Shown: positions 23,099-37,275, counted from the first letter of the whole stretch. The stretch is DNA of 59,791 bases, filler included, from Squatina squatina (GCA_031763465.1; 4 parts of 4 records of this genome joined end to end with filler, not necessarily neighbours in it); one strand, 5' to 3'. Notes: generated by a model from the letters alone, not told the origin. Numbers and translations are program-made.

Positions 23099-26000
23099 NN
23101 NNNNNNNNNNNNNNNNNNNNNNNNNNNNNNNNNNNNNNNNNNNNNNNNNNNNNNNNNNNNNNNNNNNNNNNNNNNNNNNNNNNNNNNNNNNNNNNNNNTG
23201 GAAAAGAGGCGTCTTGCATCAGCTGAATATAATTTGAGCTGTTCTCCATCAATTCAGCACTATTTCTGGGGCACAGCGGAAATGAATTTGACGTGAATTG
23301 TATAAATATCTGCTGGCTTTCATCTGATGCTGCTGAATAAATTAATGATATAAGAAGAACACATTGATGCCCTGGGGAAGGGCAAGAAGCAGCAGAGTTA
23401 AAATGATTTGCCTTAAATTAATATTCACTGCACTCTTTGCTCTCACAAAGACTTCACACATCTTTTCTGTATCTACTTCATTGTACCTAAAAGGAGACTG
23501 GCATTCCAGAGTCACGTTGTCAACCAGAATTCTGATTTGAACTGGATTGGGTCAATGAAGTCTTATTAACTAACTACTTTAGTTACAGATAAAATCCTTG
23601 AGAGAACTGCAGAATGTAGAATATGAATTGCTTAAATATTACTCATTGTGAATTAACATTTTCTCAGCAACTAGCAAATCAGGCTTTCTCCAAAATGTAA
23701 ATGGTATATATCTGTCTGTATACGTGGTTTTTTTCTTATGAATTTTCAGAAAACTGGAAATTCAATTAAAGTGGCACTTTCTTTCATGAAAAAGTGTTTG
23801 CAAACCTTATTTGCTTGATTACAATACATGAGTCAATGATGTAAATCATGCTGAGATACATGTTGGAGCACATATGTGTAATTTAATTGTGACAAAAATG
23901 ACTCATTACATCATGGTTAATTAAGATGATGTTTGCCTAATTTATAGCATTCTTTCCTGCATAACTTTCCCTGAGTTCCACCCTGAATGTTGGGCTCTCA
24001 TTCCAGTTCAGTGAAGTTCAGATTTGAAGAAACAGATCTTCACTTTTAGATCCAACAGTCAAACTTCCTGCTATTTCAGCAAAGGAGGACTGATATCACT
24101 TTTGGTTTCAGAGTTTTTGCCATTGAGATATCTTCTATCCTCATATCTTATGACAGTCTTTGATTGAAGGCTTTGAAAGTCTCTAGACTTCTCGGACACT
24201 ATTTGAAGAAGAGTAGGGGAGTTCTCCTAGTTTCCTGACCAACATTATTTATTTTTTAACTGTAGTAACAGTAGTTGGAAACTCCCGCCCATCCAGTTTG
24301 AGTTAAAGGCCTATGGAAAATGCCTTGGTCTGAAAAGTGCGCTCACTTTAAGTTGAACTGGAAGAACATCTGACGAACCTGCTTTTCATTCCTGGCTTCC
24401 TGTCAACAGACATCTGCATCAACAACATTTCCCACTTAAGTACAAACATTGAGCCCAAGTAGCATATGGCAGCCCATCTAATTGAAATAATTGACAGGGA
24501 TTTGGCAGGAATAGTTAAACCCTTCCAATAATATCATTTGCAGCGTCAGGTGAAGACTGGCTGTCAGGATTATTAACTAGCCACTCATAACCATATCCAA
24601 TTTGTCAGACTTTGTAATCTATAATGTAATTAATACGTGTACAATACATAACGTACCAGGACATTCCGTAATTATAAACATTTGCAAAACAAAATATCAG
24701 CTTAAAAGTAGAAAAAGAACATCTTTACCCATGTATAGATTACCTTCTTGCCTATATTTTTCATATTTTCTAATTTGATTGTGTTCGTTTTGTAGATTTT
24801 GCTGACTGATATTTATGCAAAACAGAAGTAATATAATTAATAAAATACTGTTTACTTCCTGACCATCATGACCATCCTCTTCTCATTAATGAAATTGGAG
24901 ACAGTGGTAAACCTGTTCTCGAGAGCAGTGAGGTCAGTTTGGTGAGCTTTGCTCTATCCCAAATTTCCATCATTTTCTTTCACTTGGTATTGGTTTCTTC
25001 TTCATATAGATCCAGATGTTTAGCCACCATCAAACAGTCAGCTTCATTTTTTTTACCTGAGAGATGGCAATATTGCCATAATTCTTTTTGCTAGCCCTTA
25101 TCTTTACTTTTGGATTTGAACCCTTGTAGGATTTCATATAGTTTTGTTCTGCTCCCTGAGCCACTGTCTTCTGTATTGTTTTTTTAATTCAGATTATCCT
25201 GTGAATCCTTAGTGTGAAGATTGGCATGTTGAATATATTAACTCCACGAGGGTTGTGATTGACCAGCACTTAGCTGTGCTGAAGTAGTTTGCACTGGATC
25301 ATAGTGGAGAATACCATTTCATTAGTAAAGGGTTTGCATGCATGGTGTAAATGAGATTGCTGTCCATGACCTAAATGCTTATTTACAAAGGCNNNNNNNN
25401 NNNNNNNNNNNNNNNNNNNNNNNNNNNNNNNNNNNNNNNNNNNNNNNNNNNNNNNNNNNNNNNNNNNNNNNNNNNNNNNNNNNNNNNNNNNNGTTCTCAT
25501 TTTCAAGTTTCTTCATTGCTGCCCTTCACTTTCTGGTATCTTCTGCAGTCCTAAGCACCAGTACACACCCTCTGCTCTTCCAACTCGGGGCATACTGTGC
25601 CTCCTCCTTTCCTTGGTTCCACCGGCAGTAGCAGCGCCTTTAATAACCAGACTCTCTGCACTCTGAAAATCCATTCCTAGAACTCTCTGCTTTGCCAGTT
25701 TTCTCAAAAGTCATAGCAAACCGTACATTTTTGTCCAAGTCTTGAAATAATACCCCCCGTTATTTCTCTCTCCTATTTCCTGCTTGGTCTCCTCTGATCT
25801 TCTGTGAAGCACCTTGGGATATTTGCTTTGTGAATTGTGTTGTACAAGTGTACGTTGTTGTTTTTTACGTGCCAATGGAATAGACCCCTCCCTCTGCTAT
25901 AAAACCTATCAAAGAAGGGAAATCAACCCTCAGTATAACTGAATCATCACATGAATTTCTTTTAGACATAAAAGTGGTTCACTCAACTTATTTGTGAAAT

Positions 26001-27335
26001 AATTGTTATTTCTTCATCATTGCACATTTATAAATTTTAATTGACTTCCGAGAGATGCACATTTCAAATGCTGAAAGAGAAGTGAACAAGTTCAAAGTCA
26101 TATACCCCATGAGACTAAACTTCAAATATGCCACAGATATTGTATGTGAAGTGTTTCATTTCACTCATAGAAAATAGTGCTTTTAAATAAATAAAGAGAC
26201 GGAAAGCTGAAAGCTGATTATTCTAGTATTGCTTCAAGCCTTTTTCGACTATTTTTTCCCTCATGAAAGAAAATGAATGATCAAGCAAATAGCTGACTTT
26301 CATTTTGAGGGACAATTAGCCAACAATGTATATTCAATAATGAAAGAAGTGTAACTTCATTAAATGAGAACTTCTACATTGAAGACATGGGACTTTTGGT
26401 TTGTAAGTCTGAGTAACTAAGAAAGTGTACGAGGGGCTTTAGAAATGCTGAAGGATCACAGCAACAGAGAAAAGTGCCCAGTTTTGTAATCCTGTTGTTT
26501 CCAAGTTTGTGGATTGTTTGAACTTCAGTTTAGCGTAGACAATTTAGAGTTCTATTTTGCAGAGGTTGACAAAACCAGAGTAAGCTTTCTCTTCNNNNNN
26601 NNNNNNNNNNNNNNNNNNNNNNNNNNNNNNNNNNNNNNNNNNNNNNNNNNNNNNNNNNNNNNNNNNNNNNNNNNNNNNNNNNNNNNNNNNNNNNGTCTCG
26701 CTATAAAAAAAATTGCTTCATTCACTCACTGTCCATATTATCTGCTATCACCTGAGACTATCCATCATTTACAATTCAGTAGTTTTCTTCTCTGATAATC
26801 TGATTACATCCTGCTGCTCCTCTCATCTGTTAGCATATTAAAGTATGATCATATCATTCTCTCCTACAAACCCTGAACCATTACATTTTTTCAGGCTGAT
26901 ACTTCCCATATTGCTTTGTCAGAATGATTATACATGACCTCGTATCGTTTTATTACTGGCGTGCAAACTATAGATGGCACTGTTACCCCACAACAAGGGA
27001 AGTCTGCTGCTCCACTCAGGTCCTTGTTGAATATGATTCAGAACATAGAGAGGAGAGTGCTGTTATTGTTACTATCAGAAATTAACCTTGTTTCCCATGA
27101 GGCTCTACGTCATGAAGGTTATATGCTGTGAGCTCCTACATCATGCAGCACTGGTTTAATGAAGATGCCTGCAGCATCAAATATTTATTAAAAAGTATCA
27201 AAAAATCCACTAACCCCTAAATATTATTAATAATACTGGATGGTTGTCAACGCCAAGGTTTCCAACATTAACCGAACTGCTCGATTGGATTACAGTCTTT
27301 TAATTCACCGAGAGCCTTCCAGTATCCTTCATGTG

Positions 27336-27757
27336 ACAACTTGCATTTATAGAGTGCCTCTAATGGAGTAAAACGTCCCATGGCGCTTCACAGGAGCGAT
27401 TATCAAACATATTTTGACACCGAGCCACACAAGGAGATATTAGGACAGGTGACCAAAATCTTGATGAAAGAGGTAGGTTGTAAAAAGCATCGTAAAGAAG
27501 GAGAGAGTGGAGGAGAGGTTTAGAGTGGGGTTTCCAGAGTTTAGGGCCTCGGCAGCTGAAGGCATGGACCTTAATGGTGGAGTGAAGAAAATCGGGGAAC
27601 CGCAAGAGGCCAGAATTGGAGGAGCGCAGAGATCTCGGAGGATTATAGTGCTGGCTGGAGGGGATTACAGAGATAGGAGCAAGGAATGAAGGGATCTGAA
27701 AACAAGGATGAGAATTTTAGAATTGAGGCGTTGCCGGACCGGGAGCCAATGTAGGTC
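27336..27757 (-). mobile_element. L2-clade LINE 3' end
   Basis: Reverse tail ACAACTTGCATTTATAGAG...GTCCCATGGCGCTTCAC; AFSCRGPKLW-type motif on the minus strand. Confidence 0.75.
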
Positions 27758-27801
27758 NNNNNNNNNNNNNNNNNNNNNNNNNNNNNNNNNNNNNNNNNNN
27801 N

Positions 27802-27813
27802 TTAATTAATTAA
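27802..27813. other. Artificial scaffold linker (six-frame stop)
   Basis: TTAATTAATTAA between two runs of 44 N. Confidence 0.97.
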
Positions 27814-28740
27814 NNNNNNNNNNNNNNNNNNNNNNNNNNNNNNNNNNNNNNNNNNNNCATCAATTCCTTTTAACATCACACTTTCCACAGCTGCATTAAT
27901 TACATTTATACCAATAAAGTGGCTTGATGGCTGCTTGAGAAGTTTGAATGTGAAATATTCTGCCAAACTCAACCAAGGACATTCAATTGATGAAGCCTTC
28001 ACAAGAAGGTGCACATCAGCCAATCACCATCAAGCACAACAATACAAAGATCTCCTTCAAAGGAAAAGATACTTATTTTGTACATTTATCAAGAAGCCAG
28101 AAATGTCTCAGAAGATGCAAAATATATTTATCAGAGAATATTGGTGAGTTTGCCCAGATTTCTAAATAACTAGAATAAAAATAGACTCCACATATATTGT
28201 ACCAAAAAAATTAAATGCAGCAAACTGATTGCAAGACTCATGCTGCAGCCTTATGTTTAAGTGAGACGTGACTGTTCTCAGCGCAGTGGAGCAGTACAGG
28301 AGTTCATCTGTCACTATGTAAATACAGAATATTGCTCTCATCGTACATTTTACAGCAATGCGAACTGCACTTTTACAGGACAGTTTTTTTTGCTGTAACT
28401 AAATGAATGCTTTGGTAAACTGTATATGTACTTTAACATTATCCTGGCGGGTGGTCAAATGACTCGCGATTAGTGTTGAGGTTTTTCAGCTGCACTGATT
28501 ATAAAATCTGGATAGCTGTGCAGTTCAAGACTGATCCTAATGACAACCAAAGGGTGAGCCTCCCCCAGAATGCCAATCGATATACCGACCGCAAACTGTT
28601 AGGAATTGCAACTGCACTCCTCCCCAGTAGTCTGCTGTAGATTGATCCTGTATTTCCCTCCGTTCCCGCTTCCTCAAATATGACTGTCAATCAGCCAGAA
28701 AGAATGGCTCCATATCAGCACAAAATCACCAGAAAATAAT

Positions 28741-29384
28741 GGGGCAGAAATTCCGGTTCCGCCAGGTGCATACGAAGATCGAACTCATCCCCAGGAGAAG
28801 GGCCTGTGTGGGCGGAGAGTTGGGCGATATGCCCAGCAAAAGCCCTTCAATGTTACGCTGTTAAAAGCAGGAGTACAGGCCTGCTTACAGCAGCATAAGA
28901 GGTTTAAAAAACTTAAAAATAGAATTCAAACACTTATTTATTAATTAAAACCCCGGGCCAGTAAGGTACGCATTTTTACAAACTTTAAAATGTTTGAAAA
29001 TATTTTTGAAAAAAATAATTTTTTGTGTAAAATATTTAATTATATAGCATCTTAATTAATTTTAATATTTGAGGTGTTTTTAAAAAGCTTATTGTGAAGT
29101 GCTTGTGGGTTTTTTACTATCTCCATTCATACTTCTCTGTTGATCTCTGTATATTCAATGGAAGTATGAATGGGGAGACCCGTACCTTGATTGACTGGGG
29201 TCTCGCACGTGATCCTAGCAGCGTCTGCGAACCACATGCGCTGCTGGGATACCTGGGCCTCTCCGCTGGCGTTCGCACAGAGGCCCAGGAACGCCAGGCT
29301 GAGAACCTACCGGACCGCCAGGTAAAAATCTTTCCGGTCGGAGGCCTGCGCCCACGGGAAGGCTCCGACCGGAATTTCTGCCCC
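28741..29384. mobile_element. 644-bp non-autonomous DNA transposon (MITE) with perfect 17-bp TIRs
   Basis: GGGGCAGAAATTCCGGT ... ACCGGAATTTCTGCCCC; flanks AAT/ATT; GC-rich arms and an AT-rich core. Confidence 0.85.
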
Positions 29385-31289
29385 ATTTTATGTCCTTCAC
29401 GAGATTATTAGGATTCGGTTTTAAGGGAAGCTGGGTGCAAACTCTGACATGACGTCGCATGGGATTAATCTTCCAATCGGACTTCCCTGCACCATATGCT
29501 TCAGCACGTGCACAATTTCAATGAAAAAAAAAATCGGTGAGAGTATGAAACAGGAAATCCCGTTTTGTACTTGTGCCAACTTTACATCCCCAGGAATGCA
29601 AATCTATATCAGAAATTAGTTGAGCAGCTCTGAACCATTGCTACTCTGCTGATTCAACTTCTTTTTGATTGACATGTGTATGTGAAAATAGCTTTGATAT
29701 TTATGGTTGTGCTATTGGTTACGTTCAGGGACAACAAAATACACCAATCAGTAAGCTACCCAGGTACTTGGTTAGCTTAGACATTTTTAGGTGCTGCTCT
29801 GGAGCAGTGTTAGCTCTGTTTAATGCAGTTTGTTTTATTTCAGTGCTGGCAGCTGCTGTATTTGCTTTCAGAGCAGAGAACTTAATGGAGGCAACATCAC
29901 TTGCTGCAGCTGAAGTAAGGAGTTCTAACTTGATTTTGGAATGACGGAGGGACCATACTTTCTTGTGGGGGTAGGATCGTGGGCAGGGGGGGGTGGAGCA
30001 GCTGTTGCTTCTCCAGCACTGATTGCCAATCTCAGCCACGTCACTGTGTGGAAGCAATGGGAAGATGCCAGTTTCTTCCTCACAAAGAGAGAGGGAAAAT
30101 CAGTGAGAGNNNNNNNNNNGATGTCTCCTTCCAAAGGGGAGGAGGGTCACATTAAGACAGCTGTTGAGCACTTTCTAGCTCTGAGGGCAGCTGGCAATGG
30201 CCATTTTGCAGGTGGCACACAGCCTGAGGAACTAAAGAGGACTAGAGAGAAAATAAAGAGAATTACAAATATTTACAAAAACAACCAAAAACATAAATAC
30301 AGCAATGAATTTAGATTGATTGGTTCGTTGATGTTTTGTAATACTTGGTTCCAGATTTAAAATGTTTCTTATTTTATTTTAAATCTTCTTATTTTAAATT
30401 AGTGTCATTAAAACATTTAATTATTGACATGAAGAAGAGTGTTCAAAAATGAGGGATAATTGTCAAGGCCAAAGGCATCTGATTTTCATTCACTTTACAC
30501 AGATCTCTGGATACTCTATTTTACAAGAGGGAAAAAAAAATTGTTCAGAGCATATAGGGTAGATTTTCCTGGGTCTGGATTGCGTGAGTGCAGCAAATAT
30601 CGGAAAACCAGGTGGGTAGGAACGCATACCTGTAAAGGAACCCGCACAATCTTCCAATATTTCAATTAATCAGCCTGGTTTTTTTCACAGGCATGCATTC
30701 TGACCCGCCTAATGTTCCAATATATGCTGTGCCCAGGTGATCGTCTTTGTAGTTGTGATCTTCTCTAANNNNNNNNNNNNNNNNNNNNNNNNNNNNNNNN
30801 NNNNNNNNNNNNNNNNNNNNNNNNNNNNNNNNNNNNNNNNNNNNNNNNNNNNNNNNNNNNNNNNNNNNTGCGTTGGTAAGGAGCCAGAGGAGCTCCCAGC
30901 AGTCTGTAAAATGCAGACAAGAAAACTGCACAAGCCGCCTGCAGCCAAGCCTGTATCAACAGCTCCAAGTGGCAGCCCCACAGGAGATGTTGGCACTGTG
31001 GAGGTAATCATACCTCAGCCTACTGCAGATTCAAAGAGCGACCATGCTTCAAATGCTCACAGATAGGCCACACTAAAAGCCAGAGTGCAAGCCTTTAAAA
31101 GAAAAGGCACAGAATGCAGCTCATCGCCTAGAGGATGAAGACTTAGATGAGGAAACATCAAAAGCCCAATTAAGCCATGTCACAGATGGATCTGTGAACA
31201 AGATGTTTCGGGGTTTCGGGGCCTGGCGCCGATGAGAAATTCCATCAGAATGGAGATCGGCTAGGACAGGATTGCTCCACATTCTTGAG

Positions 31290-33325
31290 CCTCCTCGACA
31301 CACCTAATAGGGTCAAGGGCCAAATGCCTCTTTCAGCGTCTCGATGGTTTTGGCCGTAAATGGATGCCGTGCCAGGTCATGCGCTGTGCCAGCTCTTCTG
31401 GCGACATCCAGCCTGCTCCTCCGGCATCAGGTACATTCCTGGCCCTGGTCACCTTGCCAGCAAGGTCCTCCCCTTCACCAATCACCTAAAATGGATTCCT
31501 GAGCAGCAGCTCCCGGAGGATGTCTGCCACTCCTGACGGGGGACACTCTGGCTGGAGGTGACCATATACCAGATCCTGATCAGTTCCTGGTAAAAGACAG
31601 GTGGCTCTTGCAAGGAGGTATGGCCAAACCCCAGTTTTACAAACAGGAGCTGCATATTGTAATTGAGGCCGTGAAGCTGGCAGAAGAAATACGTCACCAG
31701 CGTATGTCATCTGGGAGGACCCTCAACATACAGGTATCACTGCAGGGTCTGAAGTCGAAAGGGCGCAGCCTGACCACCCTCCTTAAGCGGGAGTCTCAGA
31801 ATTACAGCAGAGACCCAATGCTTCCTTTTGTCCCAGAAGAAGTCAACAAGCTTCTTCTGTATCTTGGCAACAAAGTCAGGGGGAGGGATCAAAGTGAACA
31901 ACTGATACCACGGCATAGCGGCCACCAGTTGATTTATGACCAGCACTCGACCCCTGTACGAAGGCACTCGCAACAATCCTGTTCAATGCGCTAGGCCAGC
32001 GGTGACTTTGGCCTCCAGCTTTTCCCAGTTCGCTAGCCAGGCTTCCTCAGCAGAGCTAAGGTAGATTCCCAGGGAGAGGAGATGAGTGGTCATCCAGGCA
32101 AAAGGTCNNNNNNNNNNGGAGTCCATCCACCACTGACCCACCTGGAGTCCGAAACACTTCTCCCAGTTGATTCTTGCAGAGGACATGGCAGAGTAGACCT
32201 GCACTCACTCGCGCACCCTCTGCAAGTCAATGGGATCCATGACCATGAGGAGCACGTCATCGGCGTAAGCTGAGAGGACGTTCTCCATGCCTGGTCCTTG
32301 CAGACCCAGTCCCATCAAACTCCTCCACAAGAGGCACAGGAAAGGCTCTATGCAGATGGCATAAAACTGGCCGGACATGTGGCACCGCTGATGCATCCCT
32401 CTCCAGAAGTGAAGGGGCACCATCAAAGACCCGGTAATCTTAATCAGACACTACGTGGCGGCGTACAGAAGTCGGATCCAGGCGACAAAACGTGTCCCGA
32501 TCCTGAATGTGCACAGAGTCTTGAAAAGGCACTTGTGATCCACCCCGTCGAACAACTTCTCTTGATCCAGGGAAAGGAAGGTGACTGACAGACCAGCCCT
32601 CTGGGAACAGTGGACAAGGTCTTGGACCAGATGGATGTTGGCATGGTGGTCCGGCCCAGGATCGTATAGGACTGGTCGGGTAGATCATGTGGGCCAGCAC
32701 GGTGCCAAGGCGAGCAGACATTGCCCTGGCAAAGATCTTGTAGTCTGTGCCGAGGAGGGAGACCGGGCACCAGTTCTTAAATAGGCAGAGGTCGCCCCTC
32801 TTTGACAGCAGGATGATAACTGGCCTGCGGTAAGAGAGGGGCATCTCCACAGTCACCAGACATTCCCCCAGCACCCATGCATAGTCGCCCCCCAGGATGT
32901 CCCAGAATGTCTGGTGGAACTCAACAGTTGGTCCGTCCAGCCCCAGGGACTTGCCTCTCGAGAGCTGGCTGAGGACACCGGTCTGCTCCGCCCAGCTTCG
33001 CGGAGCAATTAGCTGTTCAGAGCCCTCTGGGCTGACCTTCGGCAGGTCCTCCCACCAAACCTCTGTGACCATCCTCGCTGGACGGATCTGGATAGAACAG
33101 AGCCCCGTAATAGGCCCGGCCTCGGCACTGATGGCCTCTGGATCAGAGACCAGGGATCCGTCATTGACCAGCAGCCCCAAGAGCCGCTTCTTCCAGTGAG
33201 TAGAAGGGGGAGCTGCAGTCCAAGTCCTGGGGGAACTGGATCCGCGACCTCACGTAAGCGCCTTGGGACCCGACGAGCTGCATGTCCTTCAACGTGCCCT
33301 CCTCTTCATTGAGGGCCGGGTCTTC
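31290..33325 (-). mobile_element. Tx1-type L1-clade retrotransposon ORF2 (degenerate)
   Basis: KSLGLDGPTVEFHQTFWDILG, KNWCPVSLLGTDYKIFAR, DQSYTILG, LSAYADDVLL and SYRGRVLVINQLV, spread over frameshifted ORFs. Confidence 0.88.
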
Positions 33326-34144
33326 NNNNNNNNNNNNNNNNNNNNNNNNNNNNNNNNNNNNNNNNNNNNNNNNNNNNNNNNNNNNNNNNNNNNNNNNNNN
33401 NNNNNNNNNNNNNNNNNNNNNNNNNAGTCTTTGCGGGTTCCTGGGAGACTGGCAGAGCCCTTGTGGAATTTCAGGGTCACTTTCTTTATCCATATTGCAT
33501 ATAAAGATCTTGAGTAGATTTTCAACTTGCCACCCAGTTGTAAAACTGGTTTTGTAGATTGGCTGACCATTATATAAAAACGAAAAATTGATCTTAATTT
33601 CTGTTGAAATAAATGCGTACATTATAACTTTTTCATTTGTGAATTCCTGTGTTTTATATTTGTAACGGTGACCACCAATGTTCTCAAATCATAACAGGGG
33701 CCTGCGCCGCTGACTTTTCAATAGGAAAAATGCACCAGTGCGATATTTTGAATGGACCGTGCGGCCCCCCCCAAATATTACAGGGGATGTTGGTGACCAC
33801 CTATGTAAACTTGCCATGCTTGAATCACAAACCCCCACCCCGGTAGAAGTGCTGTAATAGAAGTATGTAATTACAGTGCAATAAGTTTACATAGTCATTT
33901 TCTATTATAAATGTGGACATATAAACTTATAATAGAAATACATGGATAGAATGAATGACTGACATTAAAATAGGAACTGAATTACATCTGCGAGTCCAAG
34001 TCTTCTGCCTTCTAACCTGAAGACTACATTTGATCTTGACTCTTTATGTGCAGCATCATGGGAAGTCGATTAACATATAAATAATCTTACAACCTGTATC
34101 CTTATTTTAAGATCATGTTCTAATTTCTAACTCTTTAATTATAG

Positions 34145-34275
34145 ATAACTGCACTACATTGAACCCAGCATGCCTGAATGAGGATGATCGATACTGCCTT
34201 GAGGCTATTCGAATGATACACAAACAGATGGATGATGACGATGATGGGGATGTTGATGTAGAGGAGAGTCATGAG
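34145..34275 (+). CDS. STIM2: Stromal interaction molecule 2, EF-hand exon
   Basis: ttatag| ... |gtaaac; DNCTTLNPACLNEDDRYCLEAIRMIHKQMDDDDDGDVDVEESHE. Missed by the ORF track. Confidence 0.92.
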
Positions 34276-34577
34276 GTAAACCAAAATTATAAACATGGAA
34301 TACTCTAAAGCTATCATTGCTGAGTTTTTGTAACTTGTATGTTTCATATTCTACTTGTAAACTTTTTACTTCCTTTTGATAAAACATGCAGGGCACCCAA
34401 TTGGCATTTTTATAGCTGGTATGCCAATAGGTGTGATTTTAGCGCCCTAATAGAGCTGTCCCTTTAAGTCAGGGCATNNNNNNNNNNNNNNNNNNNNNNN
34501 NNNNNNNNNNNNNNNNNNNNNNNNNNNNNNNNNNNNNNNNNNNNNNNNNNNNNNNNNNNNNNNNNNNNNNNNNNNNN

Positions 34578-35795
34578 TTAAACTCACAGAATCTTTCGCT
34601 CTTTATACTCACAGAATCCCCCGCTTTGTATACTCACAGAATCTCCCACTCTTTATACTCACAGTATCCACCACTCCTTATACTCACAGAATCTCCCAAT
34701 CTTTATACTACAAAACTCCCACTGTTTATACTCATATAATCTCCCGCTCTTTACACTCAGAGAATCTCAAGCTATTTATACTCACGGAACCCACTGCTCT
34801 TTATGCTCACAGAGTTCCCGACTTTTTACACTCACAGAATTTACACTCACAGAATCGCCCGCTCTTTACACTCACAGAATCTCTCGCTCTTTACACTCAC
34901 CCAATCCTCTGCCCTTCACACTCACAGAATCTCCCGCTCTTTACACTCAAAGAATCCCCCGCTCTTTATACTGACAGAACCCCGCACTCTGTACACTCAC
35001 AGAATTTCCCGCTCTTCACACACATATAATCTCCCGCTCTTGACACTCCCAGAATCTCCAGCTATTTATACTCACAGAACCCATTGCTCTTTATGCTCAC
35101 AGAGTTCCCCACTTTTTACACTCACAGAATTTACACTCACAGAGTCGCCCGCTCTTTATACTCACAGAATCTCCCACACTTTATACTACAGAATCTACCG
35201 CTCTTTACCCCTCTTAACACTCACAGAAACTCCTGCTCTTTATCCTCACAGAATCTCCCGCTCTTTTTACTCATAGAATATCCCGCTCTTCGTACTCACA
35301 GTATCTCCTGCTCTCTTTACTACAGAATCTCCTGCTCTTTACCCTCACAGAATCTCCCACTCTTTACTCTACAAAATCTCCCGCTCTTTATAGTCACAGA
35401 ATCCCCTGCTCTTTATACTCATGGAGTCTCCTGCTCTTTACCCTCACAGAATCTCCCGCTCTTTATACTCATGGAGTCTCCCGCTCTTCATACTCGCAGA
35501 ATCTCCTGCTCTTTACACTCACAGAATCCCCCACTTTTTACACTCCCAGAATCTCAAGCTATTTATACTCACAGAACCCACTGCTCTTTATGCTCACAGA
35601 GTTACCTGCTTTTTACACTCACAGAATTTACACTCACAGAATCTCCCGCTCCTTATACTCACAGAATCTCCCGCTCTTTCCATTTATATAATCCTCCGCC
35701 CTTTACACTCACAGAATCCCCCGCTCTTCACACTCGCGGAATCTCCCGCTTTTTATACTCACAGAATCTTCCGCTCTTCACACTCACAGATTCTC
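34578..35795. repeat. 25-bp minisatellite (~48 units) with a higher-order cassette
   Basis: Unit ACTCACAGAATCTCCCGCTCTTTAT/AC; a variant block recurs at ~34765, ~35055 and ~35551. Confidence 0.93.
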
Positions 35796-37163
35796 CTGCT
35801 GGTTATGCCATTTTTCCAGGATTTCTGCCGCTCTTCCACCAAATTTATGGCGGAAGAGTGGGAGATACCCCTGCAGAAATACAACAACCGTATCTTTGAC
35901 TTACTACGAGCAATGCCAGGGAAAGTCACTAGTATGTCATTGTTTTTATAAAGTTTCATGTTTTCAGCAAAATGCACTTAAAGTGGTCACCAAAATAGTA
36001 TGTCAATTGTTGAGTTCTTTTCTGTTAAGACAAAGGCTACAAATTAAACTTAATGAAAATGTTCATTTCTCTATACTCCTTTTAAGAGAAGCGGTTTTGT
36101 AGTACTTGTTTTCAAATAGCACAACCATATCTACTTCCTGAAAAATGTTTGGATCTTATCTATGTTCAAGAGAACATGTTCAAGAGGTCCTGAAAACAAG
36201 AATTAGAAATTAGCTAGTATTATTCATCCAGGAATAATCTACAGACTATTAAAATAGTGCATGGTAGGAAGATGAAAATCACCTGTATGTACAGTGCCAG
36301 ACAGGAAAAAAAATAAACTGGGGAAAAATGAGAGAAAAGGAGTTGATTCCTCTTTCTGGTCTGGAATGGGTCCCCACGGGTTCTTTTACAACTGTAAACA
36401 GTGTGCCTTGAAATCACATTTTTCAACTCTATATATCTGAATAATATGTTGCCTAATTTAAATATGTTAACTAAACCCTGAAAGCAAGTTCTACAAAATG
36501 TTCTTATCACATCGTATCATTGGAAAAACAACATTGTTTCAAATAATTTAAGTAAACTGAAGGGAGGAAACTATTAAAATTAAAGTAGAAAGGGCTAAAA
36601 GAAAATCTCAAATGAACACTACTTAGATGAACATGTAGCAATTATTTAAGTGCATTCATAGCAGGCAGAATTTTAAAGAAATTCTGGCCCTCAGGGATGA
36701 GATTTTTTTAAAAAGATTGTATTATCAATCTGTGATCAATTTGACGGACTATGATATACAGCAAAATATAACCGTTAAGAAAAATAGCTTTAAGAAAATT
36801 AAGATTTTTTTCATTCTCAAGATATGGGCATCGCTAGCAAGGCCGGCATTTATTGCCCATCCCAAGTTGCCCTGAGAAGATGGTGATGGGCCACTTTCTT
36901 GATACAAGTGAGTGGCTCGATTCAGAGGTCAGTTAAGAGTCAACCCCGTTGGTGTGGGACTGGAATCACCTATAGGCCCAAGTGGATAAGGATGGCAGGT
37001 TTCCTTCCCTGTAAGCCATTAGTAGGGATACAGGAGAGAGACAAAAAGATTTGTACAGGTTCAGAATATTTCCGCATTGTTGATGCTAATTAATATATTG
37101 ATCAAACACCTTGTTTTTGTTGAGTTGAATTATATTGGATTTTTCATTGTCTTTTTCTTGCAG

Positions 37164-37275
37164 TATACAATTGGACAGTAGATGAAACGATGGACTGGTT
37201 AGTCCACTTTGTGGAATTGCCACAGTATGCAAAGATTTTCCAGGAAAACAACATTCGAGGAGTCGGCCTACCCAG
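37164..37275 (+). CDS. STIM2: STIM2 SAM-domain exon
   Basis: ttgcag| ... |gttagt; VYNWTVDETMDWLVHFVELPQYAKIFQENNIRGVGLPR. Confidence 0.93.

Noticed and set aside
27960-28143. Possible exon ending at TTG|GTGAGT
   Set aside because: No clear acceptor and no recognisable protein similarity.
34803-35951. Long overlapping ORFs (157, 271, 176 aa)
   Set aside because: Translations of the 25-bp satellite; periodic peptides in all three frames.
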